The translations under genes and the position numbers were made by a program. This document shows positions 20,204 to 28,336 of a stretch of DNA of 64,000 bases, piece after piece. Location: NCBI GenBank assembly GCA_002239105.1, contig MPNQ01000010.1, forward strand, positions 14,638 to 78,637, read 5' to 3'. Below the pieces are notes generated by a model. It saw nothing but the letters and a program-made list of their open reading frames with translations. It did no database searches and was not told the DNA's origin. Every line of letters starts with the position of its first letter. The first letter of the stretch is position 1. The stretch is from a marine group bacterium Sva0996 bin134 (GTDB taxonomy: Bacteria > Actinomycetota > Acidimicrobiia > Acidimicrobiales > Bin134).

Positions 20204-22591
20204 TCATCTGGTCCAGGAAACGGCGCAACCATCGTCGACCCCTGGGATGTCTCCATCTATGCCTTCTTCCCAATTCATGGCATTCGCGGCCGCGGCCGGC
20301 ATGGGGTACGGGGGTTCCAAGTTCCACTCCGCGGTGAATCCAGGAATGTCGGAGTAGGTCGTCGCTAGGCCTCGGCACTCTGATTCGAATCTCGCCGACA
20401 GGGCATTCCAATTGGCGATGCTTCCCAAAGCACCTGGTTGATTTGCCGCGGCAATGGATCTTGCGTTCAGCTGTACGGCCGTACTCCTCGCCAGGGTCCT
20501 ACGGGGAGTGAGGGCGTCGTCTGGTTCGTCGGGGGTGTCTGGATCGTCGGGGGTGCCCGTGGAGACAGGCTCCCCGGTGACCTCCGGCGGAACAGGCCCT
20601 ACTGGCCGACCCAGACAGGCGGTTACCTCTGTTTCCCGCGGGTGCTCCTCGTCGGCAAGCGGTGTCTGGTCCATGATGCGACCGACCAGTTCTTCGGTGT
20701 CATTGGGGATTTCACAGTCGGGAATGGGTTGGATCAGCACCAGTTCCAACTCCGTCAACCGCTCAGCGGCGGTGTCCGGGGTCAGCCCGATCAGGCTGGG
20801 CACCACCACGTTCTCCGGACCCGTGGATATCAGGATCACAATTGGGGAATCGGGCAGCAACAAGACGGGGGGCGCCGGATCGGTGCTGATCACCAGACCC
20901 TCCTCCACTTCGTCGGAAGGCTCCTCAACTACTTCGTCGCTCACCTCCAGACCGGCTTGGGCCAATATCTGGGTGGCTCGCAGCAAGGTCATCCCCATGA
21001 CATCGGGCACCTCTATGGCTTGAATCCCCTCGGCCACAAAGAGCACCACCGAGGTGCCCGGAGCAACCTCAGTTTGGGCCGCAGGATCTTGGCGAAGCAC
21101 CTGTCCTGCCGGCGCAGTAGAGCCCTCCACCACTTGCAGCTCGGAGGGGAACCCCCGGTCCTGCAAGAAGCGGACCGCATCGCTGGCGTCTTGGCCCACC
21201 ACTGGGGGCACGGGCACCGGAGCCACCCCCGAGCTCACCGTGATCTCGATCTCCCCACCCGACTCCGCTTCGGACAGCGCGGCCGGGGATTGGGAGATCA
21301 CCTCATTGCTGGCCACCGTGTCACTGGGTTCGAACACTGGGATCACCACGAAACCCTCCCCCCGAAGTTCGCGGGTCGCCATTTGGATCGACCGGCCCAC
21401 CACATCGGGCACCGTCACCAGGGCCGCTGGTGCGCTGGTCGCCACCGGTGGCGGGGCATCTTCGCCGTTGTCAAGCACGTTGGACAGCACGAAGAACACC
21501 AACACGGCCACGGCGATGAATATCACCGCCGCCGCCGTGTACAGCCCGGCCCGTGACGAGGGTTCCAAGACCGCCACCGGTGCGGGTTGGGGGGCCACTG
21601 GTGCGGGCTGCGGCGTGACCGGAGGCTGGGGTGGAGGGGCGGCTTGCGGTGGGGTGTCGTGTGGCGCCCTGGTCGGCTGCTCCGGCTCAACCGCCGGTGG
21701 GGGGGAAGCCGTCGACTGAGCTTCAGCCGCCTTTTGTCGAGGGGATAATTGATGGCGCCCCTCGCGAAAGCGCCGCAAATCCCGCTGGAGATCGTTGGCG
21801 GTCGGGTATCGCTTTGCCGGGTCTTTGGCCAGCAACTTATTGGTGATGGCCTCAAGCGATTCCGGCAGCACGATCCCCAACGATGATGGGGAGGGCACGG
21901 CCTGCTGGACATGCTTGTAGGCCACCGCCACCGAACTGTCGCCGGTGAACGGAGGGCGACCGCAGAGCATCTCGTACAGCACGATTCCCAGCGAATAAAG
22001 ATCACTGCGGTGATCTAACGGCTGTCCCTGGGCTTGCTCCGGTGAGAAGTAGGTGGCTGTTCCCATTACCGAGCCGGTCTGGGTGAGGTTCGACTCCGCA
22101 CCCCCGAACGCGGCAATGGCGATGCCGAAATCGGTTACCTTCACCTTTCCGTCGGGCGACAACAGCACATTGCCCGGCTTCACATCTCGGTGGATCACTC
22201 CGTTGTTGTGGGCAAACCCCAAAGCGGCGGCCACGTACATGGCAATCTCCGCGGCCCGCTCAGGGGGCAGGGGACCGTTCGAGCGCAGCAGTTCGGCCAA
22301 GCTCCGGCCCTCTATGTATTCCATGACGATGAAATACGTGCCCTCGTCCGATCCCCAGTCATACACCGCCACGATGTTGGGGTGATTGAGATTGGCGGCC
22401 GCGGTGGCTTCCCGCCGAAACCGCTCCACAAAGCTCGGGTCAGCGGCAAACTCCGGGAACAACCGCTTAATGGCTACCGGGCGCGACAAGAGGGTGTCCT
22501 GACCTAGGAACACGTCGGTCATACCGCCGCGAGCGATCTGATTTCGCAGTCGGTATCTACCGCCCAAAAGCTCCGGATCGTGGTCTGACAT
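20204..22591 (-). CDS. pknB: transmembrane Ser/Thr protein kinase with four PASTA repeats and an extra Cys-containing C-terminal domain
   Basis: Hanks kinase motifs (VAIK, HRDVKPGN, DFGIA, SPEQ). A Pro-rich linker with a PQPAPVA x2 repeat, one TM helix, four PASTA-like repeats (V.VPDV.G...), then about 130 unassigned aa. Confidence 0.9.
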   Translation of the reverse strand: MSDHDPELLGGRYRLRNQIARGGMTDVFLGQDTLLSRPVAIKRLFPEFAADPSFVERFRREATAAANLNHPNIVAVYDWGSDEGTYFIVMEYIEGRSLAELLRSNGPLPPERAAEIAMYVAAALGFAHNNGVIHRDVKPGNVLLSPDGKVKVTDFGIAIAAFGGAESNLTQTGSVMGTATYFSPEQAQGQPLDHRSDLYSLGIVLYEMLCGRPPFTGDSSVAVAYKHVQQAVPSPSSLGIVLPESLEAITNKLLAKDPAKRYPTANDLQRDLRRFREGRHQLSPRQKAAEAQSTASPPPAVEPEQPTRAPHDTPPQAAPPPQPPVTPQPAPVAPQPAPVAVLEPSSRAGLYTAAAVIFIAVAVLVFFVLSNVLDNGEDAPPPVATSAPAALVTVPDVVGRSIQMATRELRGEGFVVIPVFEPSDTVASNEVISQSPAALSEAESGGEIEITVSSGVAPVPVPPVVGQDASDAVRFLQDRGFPSELQVVEGSTAPAGQVLRQDPAAQTEVAPGTSVVLFVAEGIQAIEVPDVMGMTLLRATQILAQAGLEVSDEVVEEPSDEVEEGLVISTDPAPPVLLLPDSPIVILISTGPENVVVPSLIGLTPDTAAERLTELELVLIQPIPDCEIPNDTEELVGRIMDQTPLADEEHPRETEVTACLGRPVGPVPPEVTGEPVSTGTPDDPDTPDEPDDALTPRRTLARSTAVQLNARSIAAANQPGALGSIANWNALSARFESECRGLATTYSDIPGFTAEWNLEPPYPMPAAAANAMNWEEGIDGDIPGVDDGCAVSWTR

Positions 22592-22624
22592 GGCGAAAAT
22601 AGCGTAGTTGTTGTTTTGTTCGAT

Positions 22625-23422
22625 TTATGGGAGGGCTACGTCGGTCACATCGACGACTACGACCGTCACGTTGTCGCTTCCGCCGTTCTTCAAGGCGAGC
22701 CTCACCAGGGCATCGGCGGCCTCCGACGGCGACTCGGATTGACCCATGATCGCGTGGATGTCCCGGTCGTCCACCTCGTTGGTCAAACCATCAGAGCAGA
22801 GCAGATAGCGATGCCCGCTCACCGGCACCAGAGTCCAGTCGTCAACCACCACTGTTGACTCGATGCCCAGCGCTCGGCTCAGGCGATGCCGAAGTTCGTG
22901 AAAGCCGGCCTCCTGTCGGGTGATCATCCCGGCCTTCACCATCTCATGCACCACAGTGTGGTCTTCAGTCAGTTGGTGAAGGCCGCTCTCGTCGCAGCGG
23001 TACACCCGGGAGTCCCCGACATTGACCACGGCCAGCGCTTCGTCGTGGTCGTCTTCGACCACGGCCAGCGCACACAACGTTGTCCCCATGCCCGCCAAAT
23101 CAGCGATGGAGTTGGACTGGGAAAAGATCTCCGCATTCGCCCGGTCCACCGCATCCAACAACTCCCCCACCGTAGGAGCCGGAGAATCTGATGAGCGGCG
23201 GCCGAACAGATTGCGACGCCGGCCTTCGCTACGGGCTTCAACCGCGGCTTTGATTTCAGCAGCCAGCGTCTCCACTGCAATTGCCGACGCCACCTCCCCT
23301 CCCCGGTGCCCACCTAGCCCGTCGGCGACCGCGAAGAGTTCACCTTCAACCAGCATCGAATCTTCGTTTTTCTCTCGACGTCGGCCTCGATCGGTGGCTT
23401 GTCCCGTTTCCAGCCGGATCAT
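22625..23422 (-). CDS. pstP: PP2C-family Ser/Thr phosphatase (soluble, no TM segment)
   Basis: ATDRGRRREKNEDS, FAVADGLGGHRGGEVAS, LLCSDGL, and DNVTVVVVD are PP2C motifs. Immediately upstream of pknB on the same strand. Confidence 0.9.
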   Translation of the reverse strand: MIRLETGQATDRGRRREKNEDSMLVEGELFAVADGLGGHRGGEVASAIAVETLAAEIKAAVEARSEGRRRNLFGRRSSDSPAPTVGELLDAVDRANAEIFSQSNSIADLAGMGTTLCALAVVEDDHDEALAVVNVGDSRVYRCDESGLHQLTEDHTVVHEMVKAGMITRQEAGFHELRHRLSRALGIESTVVVDDWTLVPVSGHRYLLCSDGLTNEVDDRDIHAIMGQSESPSEAADALVRLALKNGGSDNVTVVVVDVTDVALP

Positions 23423-23574
23423 CAGAGTTCCATTACCGTGGTGCCCCCACTTTGCGGTGGACTATAACCAGCGCTCATCCCGATTGGCAGTCGGTTACAT
23501 GAGAATCTGGATCGTGTCGATACTCAGTTATTGATCTGATCACCCGTCTTGTACGCTTTCCACCCCGACAATCA

Positions 23575-23658
<84 letters not shown>

Positions 23659-23667
23659 CATCGTTGA

Positions 23668-24171
23668 TCAGCCCACCGTCCCCGTGGGGGTGGGGGTGGG
23701 AACCTCGGTCACCGGGATGACCGGGGGCGGGCCCCAGGCAATGGCGGCTTTGGAGAAACCCGCGGCCATGGCCACGGTGAGGGCCAACTCGGCCAACTCG
23801 GCCGGGGTGAACTCCTCGCTCAGCGCCTCCTGATCTGCCCCGGTGAGCCCCGATGGGTCGGAGATCACCGCATCGGCCATCCGCAGAGCCAGCTTGAACC
23901 GCTCGGGCAATTCGCTGTCGGTATAGCCATCGTCGATCTGATCTACCAGTTCTTCAGTGAGCCCCTGCTGCTTCGCACCTGCGAAGCGGAGGTTCTTTCA
24001 AATGTTGCAATCGTTGACTCGGGCATTGCGGAGCCGGCCCACCTCCTTGGTGGCCTGGTCGAGCTGTCCTTCGCTCCACAGCGTGCCGTAGAAGCGGTTG
24101 AACACAGCGAACAGCTCAGGCTGGTGGTCGAACAGCGACATTCCCCCTTCGGGGATGGCGATTCTGGTCAT
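23668..24171 (-). CDS. AhpD-like / carboxymuconolactone decarboxylase family selenoprotein (codon 58 UGA read as selenocysteine; motif C-N-I-U)
   Basis: ATG at 24171 with AAAGGAG 7 nt upstream. The single in-frame TGA (24000-23998) falls at the second Cys position of the family CxxC. The frame stays open for a further 109 codons, and a SECIS-like hairpin follows. The track shows it as two ORFs (23998..24285 and 23668..23910). Confidence 0.75.
23962..23992 (-). promoter_or_regulatory. bacterial SECIS-like stem-loop downstream of the in-frame UGA
   Basis: mRNA reads UGA AAGAA CCUCC GCUUCGC AGGU GCGAAGC AGCA GGGG. This gives a 7-bp upper stem, an AGGU apical loop with G and U at +23/+24 from the UGA, a 4-nt bulge, and a 4-bp lower stem. 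Confidence 0.65.
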
Positions 24172-24545
24172 GGGATGACTCCTTTCAACGCGGCCCGACT
24201 GCGAGCCAGGGCCTCGAACGTGGCGATGGCCGTGGTGAGGGCGGCCAACTCGGGGGGCGATAACCAGGCGTTCATCTCGGCGCACAGCTCATCGGTCACC
24301 CCATGGGCATCAAGAACGTACTGCTCGGTAAACGCCAGCACGACCCTCTCCCGGTCGTCTTGGGGGTTCCGGGCCGGCGGCCCCCCACCGACCATTTGCT
24401 CGACGCGAGCCGCACACAGCTCCAGCAAGGCGGCATTCAACCCCGTTCCATCGAGGGCCTGCACCAACTCATCCAGCGGCCCGGCAACATGGGAGTCCAA
24501 TGCCGCCAGCGGATTGTCGGTCGAAGAAATGTCCATCGGGGTCAT
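24168..24545 (-). CDS. AhpD-like / CMD-fold protein lacking the CxxC motif
   Basis: ATG at 24545 overlaps the MBL stop (ATGA), and its own stop overlaps the selenoprotein ATG (ATGA). LLELCAARVEQM...FTEQYVLDAHGVTDE...LSPPELAALTTAIATFEAL resembles CMD-family helices. Confidence 0.55.
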   Translation of the reverse strand: MTPMDISSTDNPLAALDSHVAGPLDELVQALDGTGLNAALLELCAARVEQMVGGGPPARNPQDDRERVVLAFTEQYVLDAHGVTDELCAEMNAWLSPPELAALTTAIATFEALARSRAALKGVIP

Positions 24546-25258
24546 CCGCCGAACATGGACAGCCACTGCTCAGCTGAGCGGGGCATGAACACATAGTTGG
24601 TACGACGGGTATCGCCCATAGAAGCCGATGGCTGGGGTGAGTACAGATGGCCCGGGTAGAGCGTGGCGCTGTCTGGTACCCGGGCCAAACGCTGGGTGAG
24701 GCTCTCGTACATCGCCGCGGGATCGCTCCCTGGCAGATCGGTTCGCCCGCAACCCTCCAAGAAAAGCGTGTCGCCGGCCACCAGTCGCCCGTTGGTCAAA
24801 AAGCACTGGCTGCCCGGAGTGTGCCCCGGAGTGTGGATCATCTCGATGTCCACTGCCCCCACCGAAAGCACATCGCCGCTGGTATGCAAGCACAGATCGT
24901 CGTCTTCCAGCCCGGTGGTCATGCTGACATAGCGAGCCTCATCAGCCTGGACGTGTACCGGAACCGACACCAGCTCCAACAGTTCGGCAACGCCGGTGAT
25001 GGAGAACTGCATCATCGACCCGCCCACATGATCGGGGTGGTAATGGGTGGCCAACACCCCGGTAAGCCGCATCCCATCAGCCTCTACCAGCGCCACAATC
25101 CCCTCCGGGTCATAAGCCGGGTCCACCACCACCGCTTCCCCCGTCTCCCGATCCCCAATCAAGTAAACGAAGTTCACCATCTGCCGGGCCATCATGTCCC
25201 CGGCCGCAATATCCCGCCCCGACAACAGCTGTCGAAAATAAAGCCGCTCGTCCTCCAC
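24542..25258 (-). CDS. MBL-fold metallo-hydrolase (glyoxalase II / persulfide-dioxygenase-like)
   Basis: GTG start. VNFVYLIGD, THYHPDHVGG (HxHxDH), HTPGHTPGS, and GDTLF..GCGRTDLPG. Confidence 0.85.
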   Translation of the reverse strand: MEDERLYFRQLLSGRDIAAGDMMARQMVNFVYLIGDRETGEAVVVDPAYDPEGIVALVEADGMRLTGVLATHYHPDHVGGSMMQFSITGVAELLELVSVPVHVQADEARYVSMTTGLEDDDLCLHTSGDVLSVGAVDIEMIHTPGHTPGSQCFLTNGRLVAGDTLFLEGCGRTDLPGSDPAAMYESLTQRLARVPDSATLYPGHLYSPQPSASMGDTRRTNYVFMPRSAEQWLSMFGG

Positions 25259-25268
25259 GGGCTAGATA

Positions 25269-26456
25269 CTACGCAACCGGCTCGTCATCGCCTTTGCGGC
25301 GCCATGCCTCTTCCGCCAACGACACCACTTCGCGGGCCGGCAGCCCTAGCAGCTTCGACGCCCGCACGGCCTCGTCGTGTTCGACTTTCACCCGACCAGC
25401 ACCAACTTTCACGCGGATCCGCCTCCCGTCCACATCAACTTCTTGTTCGAACCGCGACCGAGGCCACCGTTCGATCAACTGCCCTCGCACGCCCAGCGAA
25501 CCGGTCTCGTCAGCCAGCGTGGCTGCTACTTGATCGCCCACCGCGGGATCGGCCAATGCGCTCACCGTGTACGCCGGCCGTCCCTTCTTCATGACAATCG
25601 GCGTGATCCAGGCGTCGTGGGCTCCCGCATTCAAGAGCGCGGCCACGCTATGAGCCAGCGTCTCTCCAGTGGCGTCGTCAACGTTGGTCTCGAAGAGCAT
25701 CACGGGCTGGCCCTCGGGGCGAGCCGCCGCCATTGTGCCCACCACCACCTGGGTGAGGTTGGGGCGGTCTTCCAGCTGGTTCTCACCGGCGCCGAATCCG
25801 GCGGCCGAGATGGTCATGGGCGGCATGGGGCCCCACCCCGCGGCCAACGCCGACAAGATCGCCGCGCCGGTCGGCGTGGTCAGCTCCAACCCCACATCCA
25901 ACCCAAACGTCGGACACCCCACCAACAGTTCAACCACCGCGGGCGGCGGGTTGGGCAGCCGCCCGTGCGCGCTGCGAATCATCCCCCGTCCACACGCCAC
26001 CGCACTGGAGTGGACTTCGTCGATTCCCAGCACCTCCAGCGCGGCGCACGTGCCCACCACGTCGATGATGGCGTCCAGCCCGCCGACCTCATGAAAGTGG
26101 ACCTGCTCGGGCGGCCGGCGATGCAACTTGCCCTCGGCTCGCGACAGGGCGTCGAACACCGCCAAGGCCCTGTCGGCCACGCGGTCGGGCAGCCGAGCCT
26201 CCCCGATGAGCGCGTTGATATGACTGGCCGTGCGCACCACCGAAGTCTCCCGGGTGATCACCCTCACGTCGGTGGCGGCAATGCCTCCCCGCTGGGTGGG
26301 ATGGGCTTGAAGATCCCACCCTCCCAATGGCAGCAGCTCGCAAATCTCCCGCACTTCAACCACATCGGCTCCGGCGTCGATCAGCGCCCCCAGCGCCATG
26401 TCGCCGGCGATCCCGCTAAAGCAGTGAAACCAGGCAATGCGCGCCGGCTCAGCCAT
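25269..26456 (-). CDS. larC: nickel-pincer cofactor biosynthesis protein LarC (DUF111 family)
   Basis: IAWFHCFSGIAGDMALGALIDAGAD... N-terminal signature, FHEVGGLDAIIDVVG, 395 aa. Confidence 0.85.
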   Translation of the reverse strand: MAEPARIAWFHCFSGIAGDMALGALIDAGADVVEVREICELLPLGGWDLQAHPTQRGGIAATDVRVITRETSVVRTASHINALIGEARLPDRVADRALAVFDALSRAEGKLHRRPPEQVHFHEVGGLDAIIDVVGTCAALEVLGIDEVHSSAVACGRGMIRSAHGRLPNPPPAVVELLVGCPTFGLDVGLELTTPTGAAILSALAAGWGPMPPMTISAAGFGAGENQLEDRPNLTQVVVGTMAAARPEGQPVMLFETNVDDATGETLAHSVAALLNAGAHDAWITPIVMKKGRPAYTVSALADPAVGDQVAATLADETGSLGVRGQLIERWPRSRFEQEVDVDGRRIRVKVGAGRVKVEHDEAVRASKLLGLPAREVVSLAEEAWRRKGDDEPVA

Positions 26457-27234
26457 CGCTTGCTCCGCTCATCTCCGCCTCCGATGCCGCCCGGTCTCTC
26501 GACTTGAACAATCGCAGCACCGCGCAGGCTGCGCCGAAGCCATTGTCCACCCCCACCACGGTCACCCCCGCAGCACACGACGACAACATGGCCAAGAGCG
26601 GGGTGACCCCCTCAAGGGATGACCCGTAACCTGTGCTGGTGGGCACCGCCACCACTGGGGCCGCGGTCAGCCCGCCCACCACCGAGGCCAGCGCTCCTTC
26701 CATACCGGCTACCACCACAACGGCGTCGGCTGATGCCAACTCCTCGACGTCACCGAGAATCCGGTGAAGCCCGGCCACCCCCACATCGTTCAACCTCCGC
26801 GGCGCCAGTCCGTGAGCGGCCAGCACTACCCCGCATTCGTCGGCCACCGGGAGATCAGCCGTTCCCGCAGCGGCCAGAACCACCCGCTCTGGTCGTGGCG
26901 GCGCCGGGCGCCAGACAACGGTGGTGTCGTAGTGCTCCCCCTCGGGATTGAGGGCCAAGGCGGCCGCGGCCTGCTCGGCGGAAGCCCTTGTCAACATCAC
27001 TGGACCGCCCGGCTGATCCAACAGCTCCCTCACGATGGCCGCGCACTGGTGAGCCGTCTTGCCCGGGCCGTAGACAACCTCGGCCAACCCCTGGCGCAGG
27101 CTGCGATGGTGGTCCACCCGGGCAAAGCCCAAATCGGCGAACGGTAGTCGCCTCAATTGCCTCACTGCGTCGTCCGGCGACACCGTGCCGTCGCGTACAT
27201 CGGCCATCAATTGCCGAAAAAAGGCTTCATCCAC
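26449..27234 (-). CDS. larB: nickel-pincer cofactor biosynthesis protein LarB (PurE-like NaAD carboxylase/hydrolase)
   Basis: DLGFARVDHHR, AAAGTADLPVADE, VVAGMEGALASVVGGL, and PTSTGYG are LarB-type PurE-fold motifs. 8-nt overlap with larC. Confidence 0.85.
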   Translation of the reverse strand: MDEAFFRQLMADVRDGTVSPDDAVRQLRRLPFADLGFARVDHHRSLRQGLAEVVYGPGKTAHQCAAIVRELLDQPGGPVMLTRASAEQAAAALALNPEGEHYDTTVVWRPAPPRPERVVLAAAGTADLPVADECGVVLAAHGLAPRRLNDVGVAGLHRILGDVEELASADAVVVVAGMEGALASVVGGLTAAPVVAVPTSTGYGSSLEGVTPLLAMLSSCAAGVTVVGVDNGFGAACAVLRLFKSRDRAASEAEMSGASDG

Positions 27235-27315
27235 CTCAACATCCCGCCTTCTCCAAAGGTTCTTGTAATTTTCTCACACCGGCCCTGAATCCCAATACCA
27301 CTATCCTGCCCCCTT

Positions 27316-28263
27316 GTGACCGCCTCTGCCCGATCTGTGCGTCAAGTGGCCTACCTGGGACCTCCGGGCACGTTCACCGAAGAAGCGCTTCTCACCCAAC
27401 CCGATTTGGCTGTGGCCGACCACCTCTTGTGCCGGTCGATCCCCGACGTTCTTGGAGCTGCCGCCGACGGCCGGGCCGATTTGGGCTTCACCGCCATCGA
27501 GAACTCCATCGAGGGGACGGTCAACGTGGCCCTCGACGCATTGATCTTCGAACACGATCTGCTCATCCAGCGGGAAGTGGTCATCGACGTTCGCCTCCAC
27601 CTGCTGGGCTTCTCTGGTACTTCGCTGGACAAGATTCGCCGGGTGATCAGCTTCCCCGTGGCAACTGCCCAATGCCGGCGCTACCTGACCGAGAATCTGC
27701 CCCATGCGGAGGAGATCGCCGCCAACTCCACTGCCGCGGCGGCCCGCGATCTCGCCGTCTCCAAAGACGAAACCACTGTGGCCATCGGCACCGCCCTGTC
27801 GCAGGAGATCTACGGACTGGACATGATCGCCACCGATATCGAAGATCACCCGGAGAACCAAACCCGCTTCGTGGGAGTGTCCCGTTCCGGCGTGCCCGCC
27901 CCGACCGGAAACGACAAGACATCCATCGTCGTATTCCAACATGCCGACCGCTCGGGCTCGCTCATGGGCATTCTCGCTGAGTTTGCAGCCCGCTCCATAA
28001 ACCTGACCAAGCTGGAGTCTCGCCCCACCAAAAAGGCGCTGGGTGACTACTGCTTCCTCATTGATCTCGAGGGCCATGTGGCCGACCAGTTGGTGGCCGA
28101 CTGCCTCACCAGCATCATGGCCAAGCACGGCTCCGTGAAGTTTCTCGGCTCTTACCCCACCAACATCAGGGGTAACGAAGAGCACGGCAACGCGGCCACC
28201 ACCGCATGGACCGATGCCCAGAACTGGATCGAAGGCCTGCGCGGCCAAGTCGACGATCCCTGA
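27316..28263 (+). CDS. pheA: prephenate dehydratase
   Basis: VAYLGPPGTFTEEA, PIENSIEGTV-like (AIENSIEGTV), TRF, and the ACT domain ESRPTKKALGDYCFLIDLEGH. Confidence 0.9.
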   Translation: MTASARSVRQVAYLGPPGTFTEEALLTQPDLAVADHLLCRSIPDVLGAAADGRADLGFTAIENSIEGTVNVALDALIFEHDLLIQREVVIDVRLHLLGFSGTSLDKIRRVISFPVATAQCRRYLTENLPHAEEIAANSTAAAARDLAVSKDETTVAIGTALSQEIYGLDMIATDIEDHPENQTRFVGVSRSGVPAPTGNDKTSIVVFQHADRSGSLMGILAEFAARSINLTKLESRPTKKALGDYCFLIDLEGHVADQLVADCLTSIMAKHGSVKFLGSYPTNIRGNEEHGNAATTAWTDAQNWIEGLRGQVDDP

Positions 28264-28272
28264 TTTGACACG

Positions 28273-28293
28273 TTCTAATATCATCCATTAGAA
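28273..28293. promoter_or_regulatory. candidate operator: inverted repeat TTCTAAT-N7-ATTAGAA in the LLM-gene promoter region
   Basis: AT-rich 7-bp inverted repeat in a 73-bp intergenic region. It overlaps TTGACA (28265-28270) and TAATAT (28276-28281) promoter-like hexamers. A TetR gene lies just downstream of the LLM gene. Confidence 0.3.
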
Positions 28294-28336
28294 ACTGCTC
28301 CGACATCGCCCTCATCCAACGAACGCGGAGGAGACC

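Noticed and set aside
23998-24000. TGA interpreted as a nonsense mutation making the AhpD-like gene a pseudogene
   Set aside because: The stop falls on the CxxC second-Cys position. The downstream frame stays open for 109 codons with family-like sequence. A SECIS-like hairpin with loop G/U at +23/+24 follows. Selenocysteine recoding is the better reading, pending a check for the sel genes.
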